From: Terriglobia bacterium
GTDB lineage: Bacteria > Acidobacteriota > Terriglobia > JAJPHL01 > JAPKYU01
Direction of reading: 5' to 3'
Assembly: GCA_965223005.1 (NCBI GenBank)
Contig: CBDCVK010000010.1
Span: 1,216,001 to 1,280,000, forward strand
Length of the DNA stretch: 64,000 nt
Shown here in pieces: positions 10,738-21,500 of the stretch. The notes under the pieces were generated by a model. That model ran no database searches, was not told the origin of the DNA, and was given only the letters and a program-made list of their open reading frames with translations. The translations under genes and the position numbers were made by a program. Position 1 is the stretch's first letter, and each line of letters opens with the position of its first letter.

Positions 10738-11658
10738 ATGCGGCTTTTCACCTCCATCACGGAAATGCAGGAGTTCGTCAGCCAGACTCGGGGTGCTGGC
10801 AAGTCGCTGGCGCTCGTTCCCACTATGGGGGCGCTGCACGAAGGCCACTTCAGCCTGGTGCGCGAGGCCAAGCGGCACTGCGACGCAGTGGTAGTCTCGA
10901 TGTTCGTGAACCCCACACAGTTCGGACCCAGCGAGGATTTCACCCGCTATCCGCACAATCTGGAAGAAGACCTGGAACTCCTCCGTCCCTACAACGTTGA
11001 CGCGACTTTCGCCCCCAGCACGGCGGAAATGTACCCGGAAGGATTCCAGACCTTGGTGGAACCGGGCGCCCTCGCCGCTCCTCTTGAAGGCGCGTCTCGT
11101 CCCGGTCATTTTCGAGGCGTTGTCACCGTGGTCCAGAAACTGTTCCACATCGTGAGTCCGGACGTGGCCTGCTTTGGCCAGAAGGATTTTCAGCAGGCAG
11201 TGGTGATACGCCATATGTTAGAAGATTTAAACCTGGTCGTTCGTTTGATCATCTGCCCCATCGTCCGGGACCCTGACGGGCTGGCGAAAAGCTCGCGGCA
11301 TACTTACCTGAGCCCTGAAGACCGCCAGACGGCGCTCGTGCTCAACCGCAGCCTTCGTCGGGCCAAGGAACTCGTCGAGGCGGGACAAACCGAGGTCCAG
11401 AAGCTGCTGGAAGAAATGCGGAAGGTCTTCTCTGGCCAGCCACGGGCCCGCCTTGATTATCTTGCCATCGTCGATCCGGTCCGGTTGCAGCCTGTCGAGC
11501 GCGTCACGCCCGGCTGCGTGGCGCTAGTAGCAGTATGGGTTGGACCGGCGCGATTGATCGACAACCTGATCTTCGGTCCCCCCGGTGCTAGTGATGAGAT
11601 GCTTCTTGAATTGGCGCTAGGTCGACCTGGAGTGCTGAAGCGCGTCACGGATTCTTAA
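10738..11658 (+). CDS. panC: Pantoate--beta-alanine ligase
   Basis: VPTMGALHEGH, FVNPTQF, RPGHFRGV, FGQKD, RLIDN. Confidence 0.97.
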   Translation: MRLFTSITEMQEFVSQTRGAGKSLALVPTMGALHEGHFSLVREAKRHCDAVVVSMFVNPTQFGPSEDFTRYPHNLEEDLELLRPYNVDATFAPSTAEMYPEGFQTLVEPGALAAPLEGASRPGHFRGVVTVVQKLFHIVSPDVACFGQKDFQQAVVIRHMLEDLNLVVRLIICPIVRDPDGLAKSSRHTYLSPEDRQTALVLNRSLRRAKELVEAGQTEVQKLLEEMRKVFSGQPRARLDYLAIVDPVRLQPVERVTPGCVALVAVWVGPARLIDNLIFGPPGASDEMLLELALGRPGVLKRVTDS

Positions 11659-11715
11659 CAGGGTAGCAAGTTTCAGAAGAGGGGTAGCCGGCCGTATCTT
11701 TGCGGTCTGCGTGTC

Positions 11716-13560
11716 TTACTTTGCCCTGGAGAATACCACCAGCTCAAGTCCGACGATGACGCCGCGGCCCGGCATGGGAATTCCGGCAATCTCTTGGTAG
11801 GCTGTGTTAGTCAGGTTGCTGAATTGCAAGAACGGACGGAACCGGCCGCCGGCTCGGGCCAGATATAGGTCCCACAGAGCATAGGGGTCGCGGGCGAACC
11901 TTTTTGTGGCACCTACCCGCGTGCGGGCGAGCAGTCCGTGCGGCAGCAACGCCCGCCAGGAAACCACCGCAGCTTGGGATGGGTAGTTGAAGACATAGCG
12001 CGAAGGGAATCCGAGCAAGTCCGACTGGGCACCGTGCAGGGCCGAGTAGCGGAAATCAAGCCAGTGGGAACGAGCCACAACTGTGCTGACGGAGGCTTCC
12101 AGTCCCGTGAAGCGGAGACGCTGAAAATTGGTCGCCCGCCAGATGTCGTCGGGAGAGCGCCGAACCCAGTCAATCCCGTCGCGCTCCCGCCGCTGAAACA
12201 CCACAACCTCCCCACGCAATTTTCTCCCGGCGTTCCAGTCCAGGCCTCCCTCATAACTCCAGGCCTTCTCCGGCCGCAAGTCGGGTGAACCCTGATTGGC
12301 GGGGTCGTGATAGTAGAGGTCAGTATAGGAGGGAAGGCGGAAAGCGCGGCTGACACTTCCCCGAAGCTTGAAGTGCGGCGAGAGCCAGACCCCAGTGCTG
12401 AAAGTGGGGCTGAACTGGCTGGCCAAGGTGCTGTAGACCTCCTCCCTGACTCCCAGCGTGAAGGAGAACCGACGCACCGCCCGGACATCCAGCGCCAGGT
12501 AACCGGCCCCGCGCGAGCGGGCATGTTGGCCCAGGTTGTTGCTATCAATCGAATCGCGATAGCCTTCCACTCCGTAATGAAGCTTGATGTTCTGCCGCAG
12601 GGGTTCTTGCCGACGCAAGCTGGCCTGAAAGCTCCTGGCTGCGTGTCGGTTGGTGAAAACTTCCGGGCGGTCCCGGAACAGGACAAACAGGTCCGTGTGC
12701 CGACGGAACGCGAACGACGCCACTGTGCGCGGCCCAAATTGCTGTCGCACGGCGGCGTACCAGGTCTTGGTGCGTTCCCAGGAGTTGAAATTTCCGTAGA
12801 ACTGGTCGGCCCCGAAGGGGCGGTCATTGTGCGCCAGGGTCAGATCGGTCTCGCCCAGCCGGGATGACAGGTCCGTCGTCGAGCTGATCGAAAGGTTGCG
12901 GTAGTCCCGGTTGGGACTGAACCCGGAGGAAAAATCCCGGGAGAAACTGATTTGTTCGGCAACCCGTCCCCGGACCAGGGCCAGCGTGCCGCGCTGTTGG
13001 TTCACGCCGAAGTTGCCTACCGAGCTGCGGAGGCGGAACTCGGAAAATTCCGGCGTCTTTGTGATGATGTTCAACACCCCACCGACCGCGTCCGACCCAT
13101 AGAGCGTCGAGCCAGACCCGCGCAGGATCTCAAGGCGGCTGACCGCAGACAGCGGCACTGGGATGTCCATGTTGTGGTGCCCCGATTGCGCGTCGTTGAT
13201 CCGCACGCCGTCCAGCAGAACCAGCGTCTGGCCGAACGTTCCTCCCCGGATCGACAAATCCGACTGCACGCCGTCCGGGGCGCGGCTGCGCAGATCCAGC
13301 GACGGATCCAGCCGCAAAAGGTCCGCCAGAGTATTGGTCATCAGCTCCAGTTCGCTGACATCGAACGTGCTCACCGACCGGTCCCGGTCTTCCAGTGGGA
13401 TTGGCTCGTAGCTGCCGGTCACAATGACGGACTCATGCCGCGTGGGCTGCTTCTCCTTGTCTGACGCCAGGTCTGACGCCGGTTGGTCGTCCGACGCCAG
13501 GGCAGAGGAGCAGAAGAGCAACAAGAGCAGAAACAACATCAGCGCAAATATTAAACCCAT
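11716..13560 (-). CDS. TonB-dependent receptor (BtuB-like)
   Basis: Signal peptide, TonB-box-like ESVIVTG, plug motif LEILRGSGSTLYGSDAVGGVLNIIT, NPDL-type PDLRPEKA. Confidence 0.9.
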   Translation of the reverse strand: MGLIFALMLFLLLLLFCSSALASDDQPASDLASDKEKQPTRHESVIVTGSYEPIPLEDRDRSVSTFDVSELELMTNTLADLLRLDPSLDLRSRAPDGVQSDLSIRGGTFGQTLVLLDGVRINDAQSGHHNMDIPVPLSAVSRLEILRGSGSTLYGSDAVGGVLNIITKTPEFSEFRLRSSVGNFGVNQQRGTLALVRGRVAEQISFSRDFSSGFSPNRDYRNLSISSTTDLSSRLGETDLTLAHNDRPFGADQFYGNFNSWERTKTWYAAVRQQFGPRTVASFAFRRHTDLFVLFRDRPEVFTNRHAARSFQASLRRQEPLRQNIKLHYGVEGYRDSIDSNNLGQHARSRGAGYLALDVRAVRRFSFTLGVREEVYSTLASQFSPTFSTGVWLSPHFKLRGSVSRAFRLPSYTDLYYHDPANQGSPDLRPEKAWSYEGGLDWNAGRKLRGEVVVFQRRERDGIDWVRRSPDDIWRATNFQRLRFTGLEASVSTVVARSHWLDFRYSALHGAQSDLLGFPSRYVFNYPSQAAVVSWRALLPHGLLARTRVGATKRFARDPYALWDLYLARAGGRFRPFLQFSNLTNTAYQEIAGIPMPGRGVIVGLELVVFSRAK

Positions 13561-13722
13561 CTGCGTCCAGCCGGGTGAGGATTCTTCAGCGTGCGGGTTT
13601 CTTGATCGGAATGCCGGGATCAGCGGTGAGCACACAAGCTTCTGTCTTTGTTGGCCATTGGCAAAGGGGTGTCGTAGCTCTAGATAGAAATTGAGCAACG
13701 GTCGAAGAACACCTGCCACCAT

Positions 13723-13980
13723 TTAGCTACCGGTGTGTTGCGCTATGATGGCTTCCAGCCCAGGGACCTCCCGCATCAGCTCGGTTAGCGGCAGTTCGCC
13801 TCCAAGGCAGTCGAGGGCTCTCCGGGCACCTGCATCGCAGACGACGACTGCCATCGGTTCCTTGAAGCCCCAGGTCCAAATCCGGGAGCGCAGCTCATGC
13901 CTGCCGGAGTAGACCTTCTCGATGGGGATAATGGTTACCCCTGAGACGGTTACGGCTCGACCGGCGTGCAGGCCGCTCAT
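13723..13980 (-). CDS. Small protein, degenerate YtfJ-like
   Basis: ATGA overlap with the upstream gene; G..VTVSGVTIIPI and EPMAVVV resemble YtfJ strands. Confidence 0.6.
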   Translation of the reverse strand: MSGLHAGRAVTVSGVTIIPIEKVYSGRHELRSRIWTWGFKEPMAVVVCDAGARRALDCLGGELPLTELMREVPGLEAIIAQHTGS

Positions 13981-14549
13981 TTTCGCCTCGATCGAACCAG
14001 CATCCACGCCGCACCCAAAGTGGCGGGTGAGAGCAGGAAAAGGACACTGAGGTAAGCGAGCTGGATCGGGATTAACCGGATCGTCCCCCGAGCATCGGCT
14101 TCAAAACATTCGTCCGTAAAGGTGGGGTCCAACCTGACGGTCACCCTAGGGCTGATTGTCAGAAGGCCGGTCAACGGTCCCGCAATGGCCCACAGGTATC
14201 CGGTCTCAGCCGGATCATCCATCCCTATTCGGAGTCGCAGGTCGCAAGCGCGGACACGCACCGACTTGAGAAGGTCTCCGCCAAACCGCAACGAGCGATG
14301 TCGGAAGGCAGAGCTGCGAAAGGGAATCATCAGACGGCGAGCAAAGCGAGCCCGGCCTACACGCTTCTTAGGCGGCCGCGGCCGCCGCGGCCGCCGGGAA
14401 GGCATCCGGAACCGGAACAGGCCGTACATCCAACCGACGAACACCTCGGCATGGAATGATTCGCGCCGCTGAACCCGGAAGACAAGATCCACCGGGATGG
14501 CCGACAGCAGAACCACACCCAGCAGGCCTATGAGAGCCCATACGAGCAC
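13977..14549 (-). CDS. DUF2953 (YtfI-like) membrane protein
   Basis: N-terminal TM segment, IGMDDPAETG motif, adjacent to ytfJ-like gene. Confidence 0.75.
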   Translation of the reverse strand: MLVWALIGLLGVVLLSAIPVDLVFRVQRRESFHAEVFVGWMYGLFRFRMPSRRPRRPRPPKKRVGRARFARRLMIPFRSSAFRHRSLRFGGDLLKSVRVRACDLRLRIGMDDPAETGYLWAIAGPLTGLLTISPRVTVRLDPTFTDECFEADARGTIRLIPIQLAYLSVLFLLSPATLGAAWMLVRSRRK

Positions 14550-14563
14550 GGGAGTCCTCCCTT

Positions 14564-14926
14564 CTATTCGGAGGTCTCTTTGGCTCGCTTCTGGGTGGCC
14601 TTGCCGATGGTCTCGACCAGCTTCTCCAGCACCGGAGAGGCGCGGCGCTTGATCGGCTCCACGCGCACGCCTTCCTTGGTGATTACAATGACGGCCACGG
14701 GCTTGATCCCACCTCCGACGGCCGTCCCGCCGCCGCCGCCCTCTCGCTTTTCGGAGTCTTTTCCTTGGCCGCTTCCCGCGCCCAGGCCGAAGCCAAGACT
14801 GACCAAGGGAATCAGCGTGTTCTCACCGGCGACAATGGGCTCGCCTACCACTTTCTTGGTGTCTAAGAGACGCTCGATCTCTGCGAGCATAGTCTTCGCA
14901 ATCTGTTCCACGTCCGGCATAACCAC
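14564..14926 (-). CDS. GerW/YtfJ family protein
   Basis: VVGEPI, LIPLVSLGFGLGAGSG, GGGIKPVAVIVI. Confidence 0.85.
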   Translation of the reverse strand: MVMPDVEQIAKTMLAEIERLLDTKKVVGEPIVAGENTLIPLVSLGFGLGAGSGQGKDSEKREGGGGGTAVGGGIKPVAVIVITKEGVRVEPIKRRASPVLEKLVETIGKATQKRAKETSE

Positions 14927-15165
14927 CTCCTGTTCTGTCGAGCCAACAACCCATCTTCACATGAGTGGAACTCTGGAGGACAACCACGCTGCGATCTGCC
15001 GCCCGGTGCCCGAGGGACGGCAGGACGCCGCGCCAGTTTAACAGCCAGTCTAGCCAGTCTAACAGGAAGAAGGCTGGGATCGCTAGCCAGCGGGAGCAAG
15101 GCCCTGCACAAGTCCTTCTCTGGGATAACCGCCGAATCAAAGAGACAATCCACGCCAGAAAAGCG

Positions 15166-18100
15166 CTAGGAGGGCGGGGAGATGCCTACACGCGTCCCGG
15201 CAGCAGTGGCTCGCGTGGGAGCTAGGCACAAGGTGCCGGAAAAGGCGCAATGAGAACAATGCGCTGCTACCTCCGGCGGGAAATGGGCCTCCCGCTGCGC
15301 GGCAAAAAGCTCCCCCACCAACCGGCGCGCTTCCTCGAGCGCTTCGGGCGTCAGTTCTACGCGATGCGCTACCCCAGGCGCCAGGAAAAACAGGACCGCT
15401 TCGCGAGGCAAGTCGCCGAAGGCGGCTTCCACCAGCAGCGCGTAGAGGAGCATCTGGACCCGGTAGTGGGCCGCCTCGGTCTCCACTTGGTCGGCAGAGA
15501 TGTCGTTCGCCTTGTAGTCCAGGAGCAGGTCGGGGCGCCCGTTGGCGAAGGTGAGCAGGTCCAGCGTGCCCCGCAGAAAACCACCCGACTCCTGAGCCTC
15601 CGGTTCCTGAAGAACGATCCCGGCCCCCATCACCGGCAACTCGCGCCGGACATCACCCGCCGCCATGGTGCGTTGCCCGTATGCGCTTTGCCAGAAACGC
15701 TGAGCCAGGCGCTCAGCTTCGGCCCGCAGCGACGAAGGCAGAGCGGCCAGCGCGCCCGAACCGAGGGCCAGCACCCGATGGACCGCCCGCCCAACTTCCG
15801 TACGCGGAAACTCGTCGTCCATGCGCTCCGTAGCTTCATCGCCTGCCTCCGCGCTTGGCGCTGGGTCGGGAAGACCGCCTTTGGCAGCACTCTCATATCC
15901 GAGGTAGCGGCTCAGGTAGTAGCGCCGCGGGCAGCGGTGGAATTCTACGACGTCGGTGACGGCGGCGAGAAAATCGCTGCGCTCAGCTTGCGGCGGTGCC
16001 GCGAGCGCCTCCTTGGCCAGTCGGCGGGCGTCGGCTTCCGCTTCGTGATCCAGTGGTATGTCCAGCGGGCTACCGGCAGCGAGAGCCATGTGGTAACGCT
16101 CCGCTACGGTCAGGTCTTGTTGAGATGCTGCTCCAAGTTCTTCCTCAGTAGCCAGCAGTGCCACGGAGAACCCCTCGGGCTTGCCGTTCACAGGAAGTGT
16201 GTGCCATTGGCTATCCACTTCAACGCGATCCTTAACAATCCCGTAACTCTCGCAAATCTGTTTCAGGGCATGTCCCAGCTGGAAACCCTTCCGCGTCTTG
16301 TTCAAGCAGCCGCTCAGGACTAGGTGTTCCTGGGCGCGGGTCACGGCAACGTAGAAAACCCGATTTCTTTCCGCCTGCTCGCGGCGTTCCAACTCCCTCT
16401 CGATCCTCTCCAGGCTAGGGGATTTCACAGTCCCGGCCCCCTGGTCAAGCTTCACGCCCAGACCGAATCCTGGCAAGAACTCCAGTGCGCTGCTCCCCGG
16501 GGGCGGCCGTCGGGTCAAATCTGGCAGTACCACCAGGGGGAATTCCAGCCCCTTGGCAGCGTGCATGGTCATCAGGCGAACGGCATCCTCGGCAGCCGAA
16601 TCCAGTTGCGCTTCCCCTTCGCGCACGCCTTCGACATGGAAGCGGTCCACGGCCTCTGAGAATTCTTGGAGCGAACCGAAGCCGGCCTTTTCCAGCGCCT
16701 CCGCCACCGTAGAAAGTTTCTTCAGGTTGGCCACCTTGCGGCGCCCATTGGGTTCGAGCAACAGCGTGGTGTCGTAGCTGGTGGCTTGGACAATGTCGCG
16801 CACCAGTTCGGCCAGGGGGCGCCAGGGACCCTCGCCGCGCAATCGCTGCAGCAGGTTTCGGAACTCGCGCAGGCGCTCGGCATCTTCTGCGGGCAGGTTG
16901 GCGAGGGCGGGCAGGTTGGCGAGCGAATCGGTTTCCTCCAAGATGTCATCAGGAACGATGTCATCAAGAACGATGTCAGCCAGAACCTGCCCCTCCCGCG
17001 CGTGGGCGTGCTCGGCGAGCAAGTAGAGCGCATCGTCACTCAACCCAAACATAGGCGAGCGCAGGGTGGCCGCCAGGGCAATTTCATGGCGAGAATTGTC
17101 GAGCACCCGCAGGAAACTCACAACGTCGCGCACTTCGCGGGCTTCGTAGAAGCCGCGGCCCGTTTCGGAGAAATAGCGGATTCCCGCATCTTCCAGGGCG
17201 CGCTCGTAGGTCTTGATGTCGGTGGCGCTGCGAAACAGCATCGCCACATCACCGTAGCCTAGTGGCCGGCCGTAGTCGTCGCGTTTCCGGTTGGTGATGC
17301 GCAGTGACTCGGACTCGATCAACTGGCGAATGCGCCGCGCCAGGTGCCGGGCCTCGAGGGGCTGGATGTCGGGCTTCTTGCCGCTTTCGACGCCCACCAG
17401 CAGGATTTCCACCGAGGGCTGCTGCTTTGGCGCAAACGGGGAGCCTACCGCGAGCGTCACAAAGGGTGTGCTGGCTCTGCGAAACGTCTCCTCGAAATGG
17501 CGGTTTACGGCATGAATGATCTCGGGACGGCTGCGGAAATCATCTCGCAGGTCCACCTGTCCTTTGAATCTGCCCGCCTCATTCCAGGCTGCTTCGAACC
17601 CAGCCGGATCGGCGTTGCGGAAGCCATAGATGGACTGTGCCGGGTCGCCTACTACGAACAGCCGGCAGTGGAGAGCCACGGACTGGATGATCTGGCTCTG
17701 CACCGGGCTGGTGTCTTGATACTCATCCACCAGAATTTCCTGAAAGCGCCGGCTAATCCGCCCGGCCACATCGGGCCAGGCGCCCAGCATGCGACGCGTC
17801 GACTGTTCCAGATCTTCGAAATCCAGGGCGGAAAGACGCCGCTTGCGCTGGTTGTAGGCGCGGTGCAGTTCGCCTAACAAATCGGCCACCCTCTCGCGCT
17901 GGTGGGAGGTGTGATGCTCCGCCTCAGTGTCCTCCTCGGTCAGCGGGAAATCCGAAGAAAGCAAGCTGGCCTTGTCCTGCGGGTCGCCCCCGAGCTGGCG
18001 GATCGTGTCATAGACGCGCAAGAGCAGCCGGTCGTACTTGTCTTTCTTGAAGTGGCGGACAAATTCCAGAAACTGTTCTGGCCTGCTCCGGCGCCACTCC

Positions 18101-18531
18101 TCCAAAACGCTGTCGAGTGTTGCCTGCTTCAGCACTGCCGAGCGGATCTCGTCCAGCACCTGGAAGCGGGGATCCACGCCAGCCTCAATGGCGTATTCCC
18201 GGAGGAGCCGTGCGCAGAAGCCGTGGATGGTGGAGATGTAGGCCCGCTCCAGGCGCCGGCGCTCCTCCTCCAGGCCCAGCCGCTCTAACAGTTCGGCGAG
18301 GCGGCCCTTCACCTCAGCAGCAGCGTTTTCCGTAAAGGTGATGGCGAGTGTGCGGGCCAAGTCCAACCGGCCGTCGAGCACTCCATGGGCGATTCGTCCC
18401 ACCAGCACGCGCGTCTTGCCTGAGCCCGGCCCAGCCTGCACGCAGAGACGCCAGGCGTCGCTGGTGATGGCAGCGAGTTGCGACCCGGTCAGCGAGTCCA
18501 TGCCCGCGCGCGTTGTCCTGGAAACTCCCAT
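15166..18531 (-). CDS. addA: AddA-like UvrD helicase with C-terminal PD-(D/E)XK nuclease
   Basis: Walker A AGPGSGKT, ITFTENAA, VDEYQD, VGDPAQSIYGFR, TMHAAKGLEF, YVAVTRA, nuclease GTLDL..LDYK. Confidence 0.85.
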   Translation of the reverse strand: MGVSRTTRAGMDSLTGSQLAAITSDAWRLCVQAGPGSGKTRVLVGRIAHGVLDGRLDLARTLAITFTENAAAEVKGRLAELLERLGLEEERRRLERAYISTIHGFCARLLREYAIEAGVDPRFQVLDEIRSAVLKQATLDSVLEEWRRSRPEQFLEFVRHFKKDKYDRLLLRVYDTIRQLGGDPQDKASLLSSDFPLTEEDTEAEHHTSHQRERVADLLGELHRAYNQRKRRLSALDFEDLEQSTRRMLGAWPDVAGRISRRFQEILVDEYQDTSPVQSQIIQSVALHCRLFVVGDPAQSIYGFRNADPAGFEAAWNEAGRFKGQVDLRDDFRSRPEIIHAVNRHFEETFRRASTPFVTLAVGSPFAPKQQPSVEILLVGVESGKKPDIQPLEARHLARRIRQLIESESLRITNRKRDDYGRPLGYGDVAMLFRSATDIKTYERALEDAGIRYFSETGRGFYEAREVRDVVSFLRVLDNSRHEIALAATLRSPMFGLSDDALYLLAEHAHAREGQVLADIVLDDIVPDDILEETDSLANLPALANLPAEDAERLREFRNLLQRLRGEGPWRPLAELVRDIVQATSYDTTLLLEPNGRRKVANLKKLSTVAEALEKAGFGSLQEFSEAVDRFHVEGVREGEAQLDSAAEDAVRLMTMHAAKGLEFPLVVLPDLTRRPPPGSSALEFLPGFGLGVKLDQGAGTVKSPSLERIERELERREQAERNRVFYVAVTRAQEHLVLSGCLNKTRKGFQLGHALKQICESYGIVKDRVEVDSQWHTLPVNGKPEGFSVALLATEEELGAASQQDLTVAERYHMALAAGSPLDIPLDHEAEADARRLAKEALAAPPQAERSDFLAAVTDVVEFHRCPRRYYLSRYLGYESAAKGGLPDPAPSAEAGDEATERMDDEFPRTEVGRAVHRVLALGSGALAALPSSLRAEAERLAQRFWQSAYGQRTMAAGDVRRELPVMGAGIVLQEPEAQESGGFLRGTLDLLTFANGRPDLLLDYKANDISADQVETEAAHYRVQMLLYALLVEAAFGDLPREAVLFFLAPGVAHRVELTPEALEEARRLVGELFAAQREAHFPPEVAAHCSHCAFSGTLCLAPTRATAAGTRVGISPPS

Positions 18532-21500
18532 TGGTTTACCCGGCAGACGTCGAAAAAGGCGCAGCTCTTACAGCGATGGGGAAACTTCGGAAGAACGGCA
18601 ATCTCCCCATCGCGGATTCTCTCCGCGTATTGCTTCATCCATTGGCGGCCGTGCTCCATCATTTCCCGGAACTGTGGTGAGTCCAAGAGAATGGCTCTAG
18701 CCGGTGGGCCTTGCTGGAAGGTCTGGTCCAGCAGGGCGGCATCGTAGACGCCACACCGGGAGAGAGTCTCGGTTTTCAGCGGGTAAAGTTCCGCGCCGGC
18801 GGGCACCAGGCCGAATCGCTCCTGAAGTGCCAGCAGATAAACGGGGAATTGGAGCTCCAACCCTTCCTGGATGTGGTCCCAGCTTTCTTTCTTGAATGCA
18901 TTTGCGTTGTACTTGAAATCCACGACAAGACCCAGCTTCTTATCCCCGGCAGGAACCACCTCCACCCGATCCAACCGCCCGCGGACGCGAATGATGGTGT
19001 GGTCTGCGAGCGTCACTTCCAGTGCCGCCGCGCCGTCTGCGTAGCCGAATTTCAGCTCGATGTACTCCGGGCGTATCGCGGTGCGGTATTTGTCGCCGTG
19101 CTGCTGCTCGAACGCGGCGAAGCGCTCAAGGCACTGGCGCAGCTCTTCGCGCACCTTGGCACCCAGGTGACTGGGGGGAATGTCCCTGGTCTTCTTGCGG
19201 AAACATTCCTCCAACACTTCGCCAATGGGCCGACTGCGGCCACTGCGTTCCCATGCCTCGATGGTGGCATGGGCGATTTGGCCAGCTATCTGCGGGTCAA
19301 TTTCCTTTGGAACGGCGGGACCCTGAAGCTTGAGCGACTCCTGGGCGAAGTACTTGAAGGCGCACTCGGCAAAGGTGCGGAAGCCAGAGGCGCTGAACAG
19401 AGTAGCGCGCTCGCGCAGCCGCGTCCGCACCGCTTCCAGCTGCAACTTGCCGGGCCTGGGGGCTAGGGCGGAGGCGGCGCGACGGGTGGCTCCGAGCGGC
19501 CGCAACTCTTCATACAAAGCAAGAGCGCGGCTCATTGCTTGGGGCCGGGCTTCGGGCCGGGCTTGGGGCCGAGCTTCAGGTCGGGCTTCAGGTCGGGCTT
19601 GGGGCCGGGACGCTCGCGCTCCCAGTTCCAGGTGGGTCAGGGCCAGCAAGTCGTCCGTGCCCGTGGCCATATCGGCCGGGCAGGCGATTGCCGAACGGCG
19701 CCACTGGAGTTTGCGGCACGCCGGAGATTCGAGCAACGGCCCCAACCCACGCAGAAGAGACGAGCGCAGCAGTGGAGTTCCGTTGGCGTCCGACAGCGGG
19801 TAAGTGAAATATAGGCGGTCTCGCGGCCGGGTGGCAGCAACGTAGAACAGCAGTCGCTCTTCCAGACGACGGTGGGCGGTGGTGGGCAGAGCAAGCCCAC
19901 CGGTCTTCTCCAGCGCCTTCCGGTCGTCGTCATCCAGAAAGAGCGGATCACGAATCGGCGCCGGGAACTCGTTTTCCACCAGCCCGACGATGAACACCGT
20001 GCGCAGTTCCCACTGGCGGGCTTCAAAAGGGTTCATCAGGGTCACGGCGTCCTGGCGGCGGTCGCGGACCGAGAACTGGTCCCTTGCCAGCAGTGACAAC
20101 AACAGCTCGCGGAATTCGGGAAAGCTCATCGGACCGGCATGTTCCGCCTTGGCGGCGACCGCGATTTCGCCCAGCAGCGACTCTATCCGCCGAAACGCAA
20201 CGGCCTCGGCCTTCAATTCCAACGCGCGCTCCGGGCGCAGACGGTCGGAAATTTCCCCCTGGAGTGTGAACTCGCGCCAGAGACGCAACGTCCAGGCTAC
20301 CAGCTCGCTGGCATCATCAAGCCTGGCCAGCTCCGATGTAAACGCCGCCAGCCTCTCCAGAATATCGGCCAGCCGGGTTCCCTGGGTGACGCAGCCTTCC
20401 CAACGGCCCTCGCGGACTTCGGCCAGCCGCGCAATGGCGCGGTACTCAAACTTTTCCACTAGCTTTCGGCTGCGTAGCGGGCTGTAAGGCGACTTCAGCC
20501 ATTGAAATACCGATTGCGGGCGGCTGCCGGGCTGAAACAGATCCAGGCAGAGTCGTAGGTGGCGCCCGGCGGCCGTGTCGGCCACAGAGACGGGAACAAA
20601 GGCCCGCAGCGGAATCCCCAGGTGGCGGAACACGCCGCGTAGCAGGGGCAAGTATTCGCCGGGGCGGCGGGCAATAATGCCGATTTCGCGGTAGCGGAAG
20701 CTGCTGCGTCCCAGGCGCAGAATCTCGCGCCCGATGAGCTCGGCCTCATTCCGGCGGTCTGCTGCTGCCCAAAGCGAAAGCGCGCCTTCCTGGGTCCACA
20801 GCGGCGCCGGGGCCTCAGCTTGACTCTCGCGCAGCCCGAGTTCGACCGCGGCCAGCGATTCGGCCCGCGGTCGGTGGTTGCCGTCGATCCACAGCTCGCG
20901 AAAGCCAAGCGATTTCAGCCAGGCGCGGGAACGCTCCGCCTGGTAAAAGAGATCGCGTTTCTGCGGGTCCAGCGTCAGCGTTACGACAGCCACGGGCGCA
21001 TGGGGCAACAAGGCCATCAACAGGGCCCGCTGCTCTGCGGTGAAGTCGGCAAATTCATCTAACAGGAGGAGTCTGAGGCGCAGGCCCCCGCTGGCGAGGG
21101 TTTCGAAAACCTGGGAGAGGTGTTGGACTTCATTGGCGCCCGCCTGGCGCAGGGCGGTAAGGTAGGCCCGAAAAAGTTGCTGAAAGGCATGATGGCGCGC
21201 CGAGGGTGCCCCATTGCGCAATACGGCTTCCAGTGTGTCTGGCTCCACTCCGGCGCGACGCGCCTCTTCCAGCGCATCTCCCAGCGCTGTACGAAAGCCA
21301 GGGAAGTCCCGCACCGCATTCAAGTAAGGCAGCGGCAGCTCCCGAAGCAGACGGCGGAGCAGCAGCTCCCGGCGCGCGGCGCTCAACTCTGCGGGTGGTC
21401 CGCTGTCGCTTTGCCCCGCCAGCAGTGAATCTCCCGGTGTACCACAACGGCTCTCTGAAAACAGACGCTCCAGCAGGTCGCGAAAGGTGCAGACCGCTGC

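Noticed and set aside
13723-14926. Evidence of sporulation
   Set aside because: YtfJ/YtfI homologues occur in non-sporulating prokaryotes, and the TonB receptor indicates a diderm.
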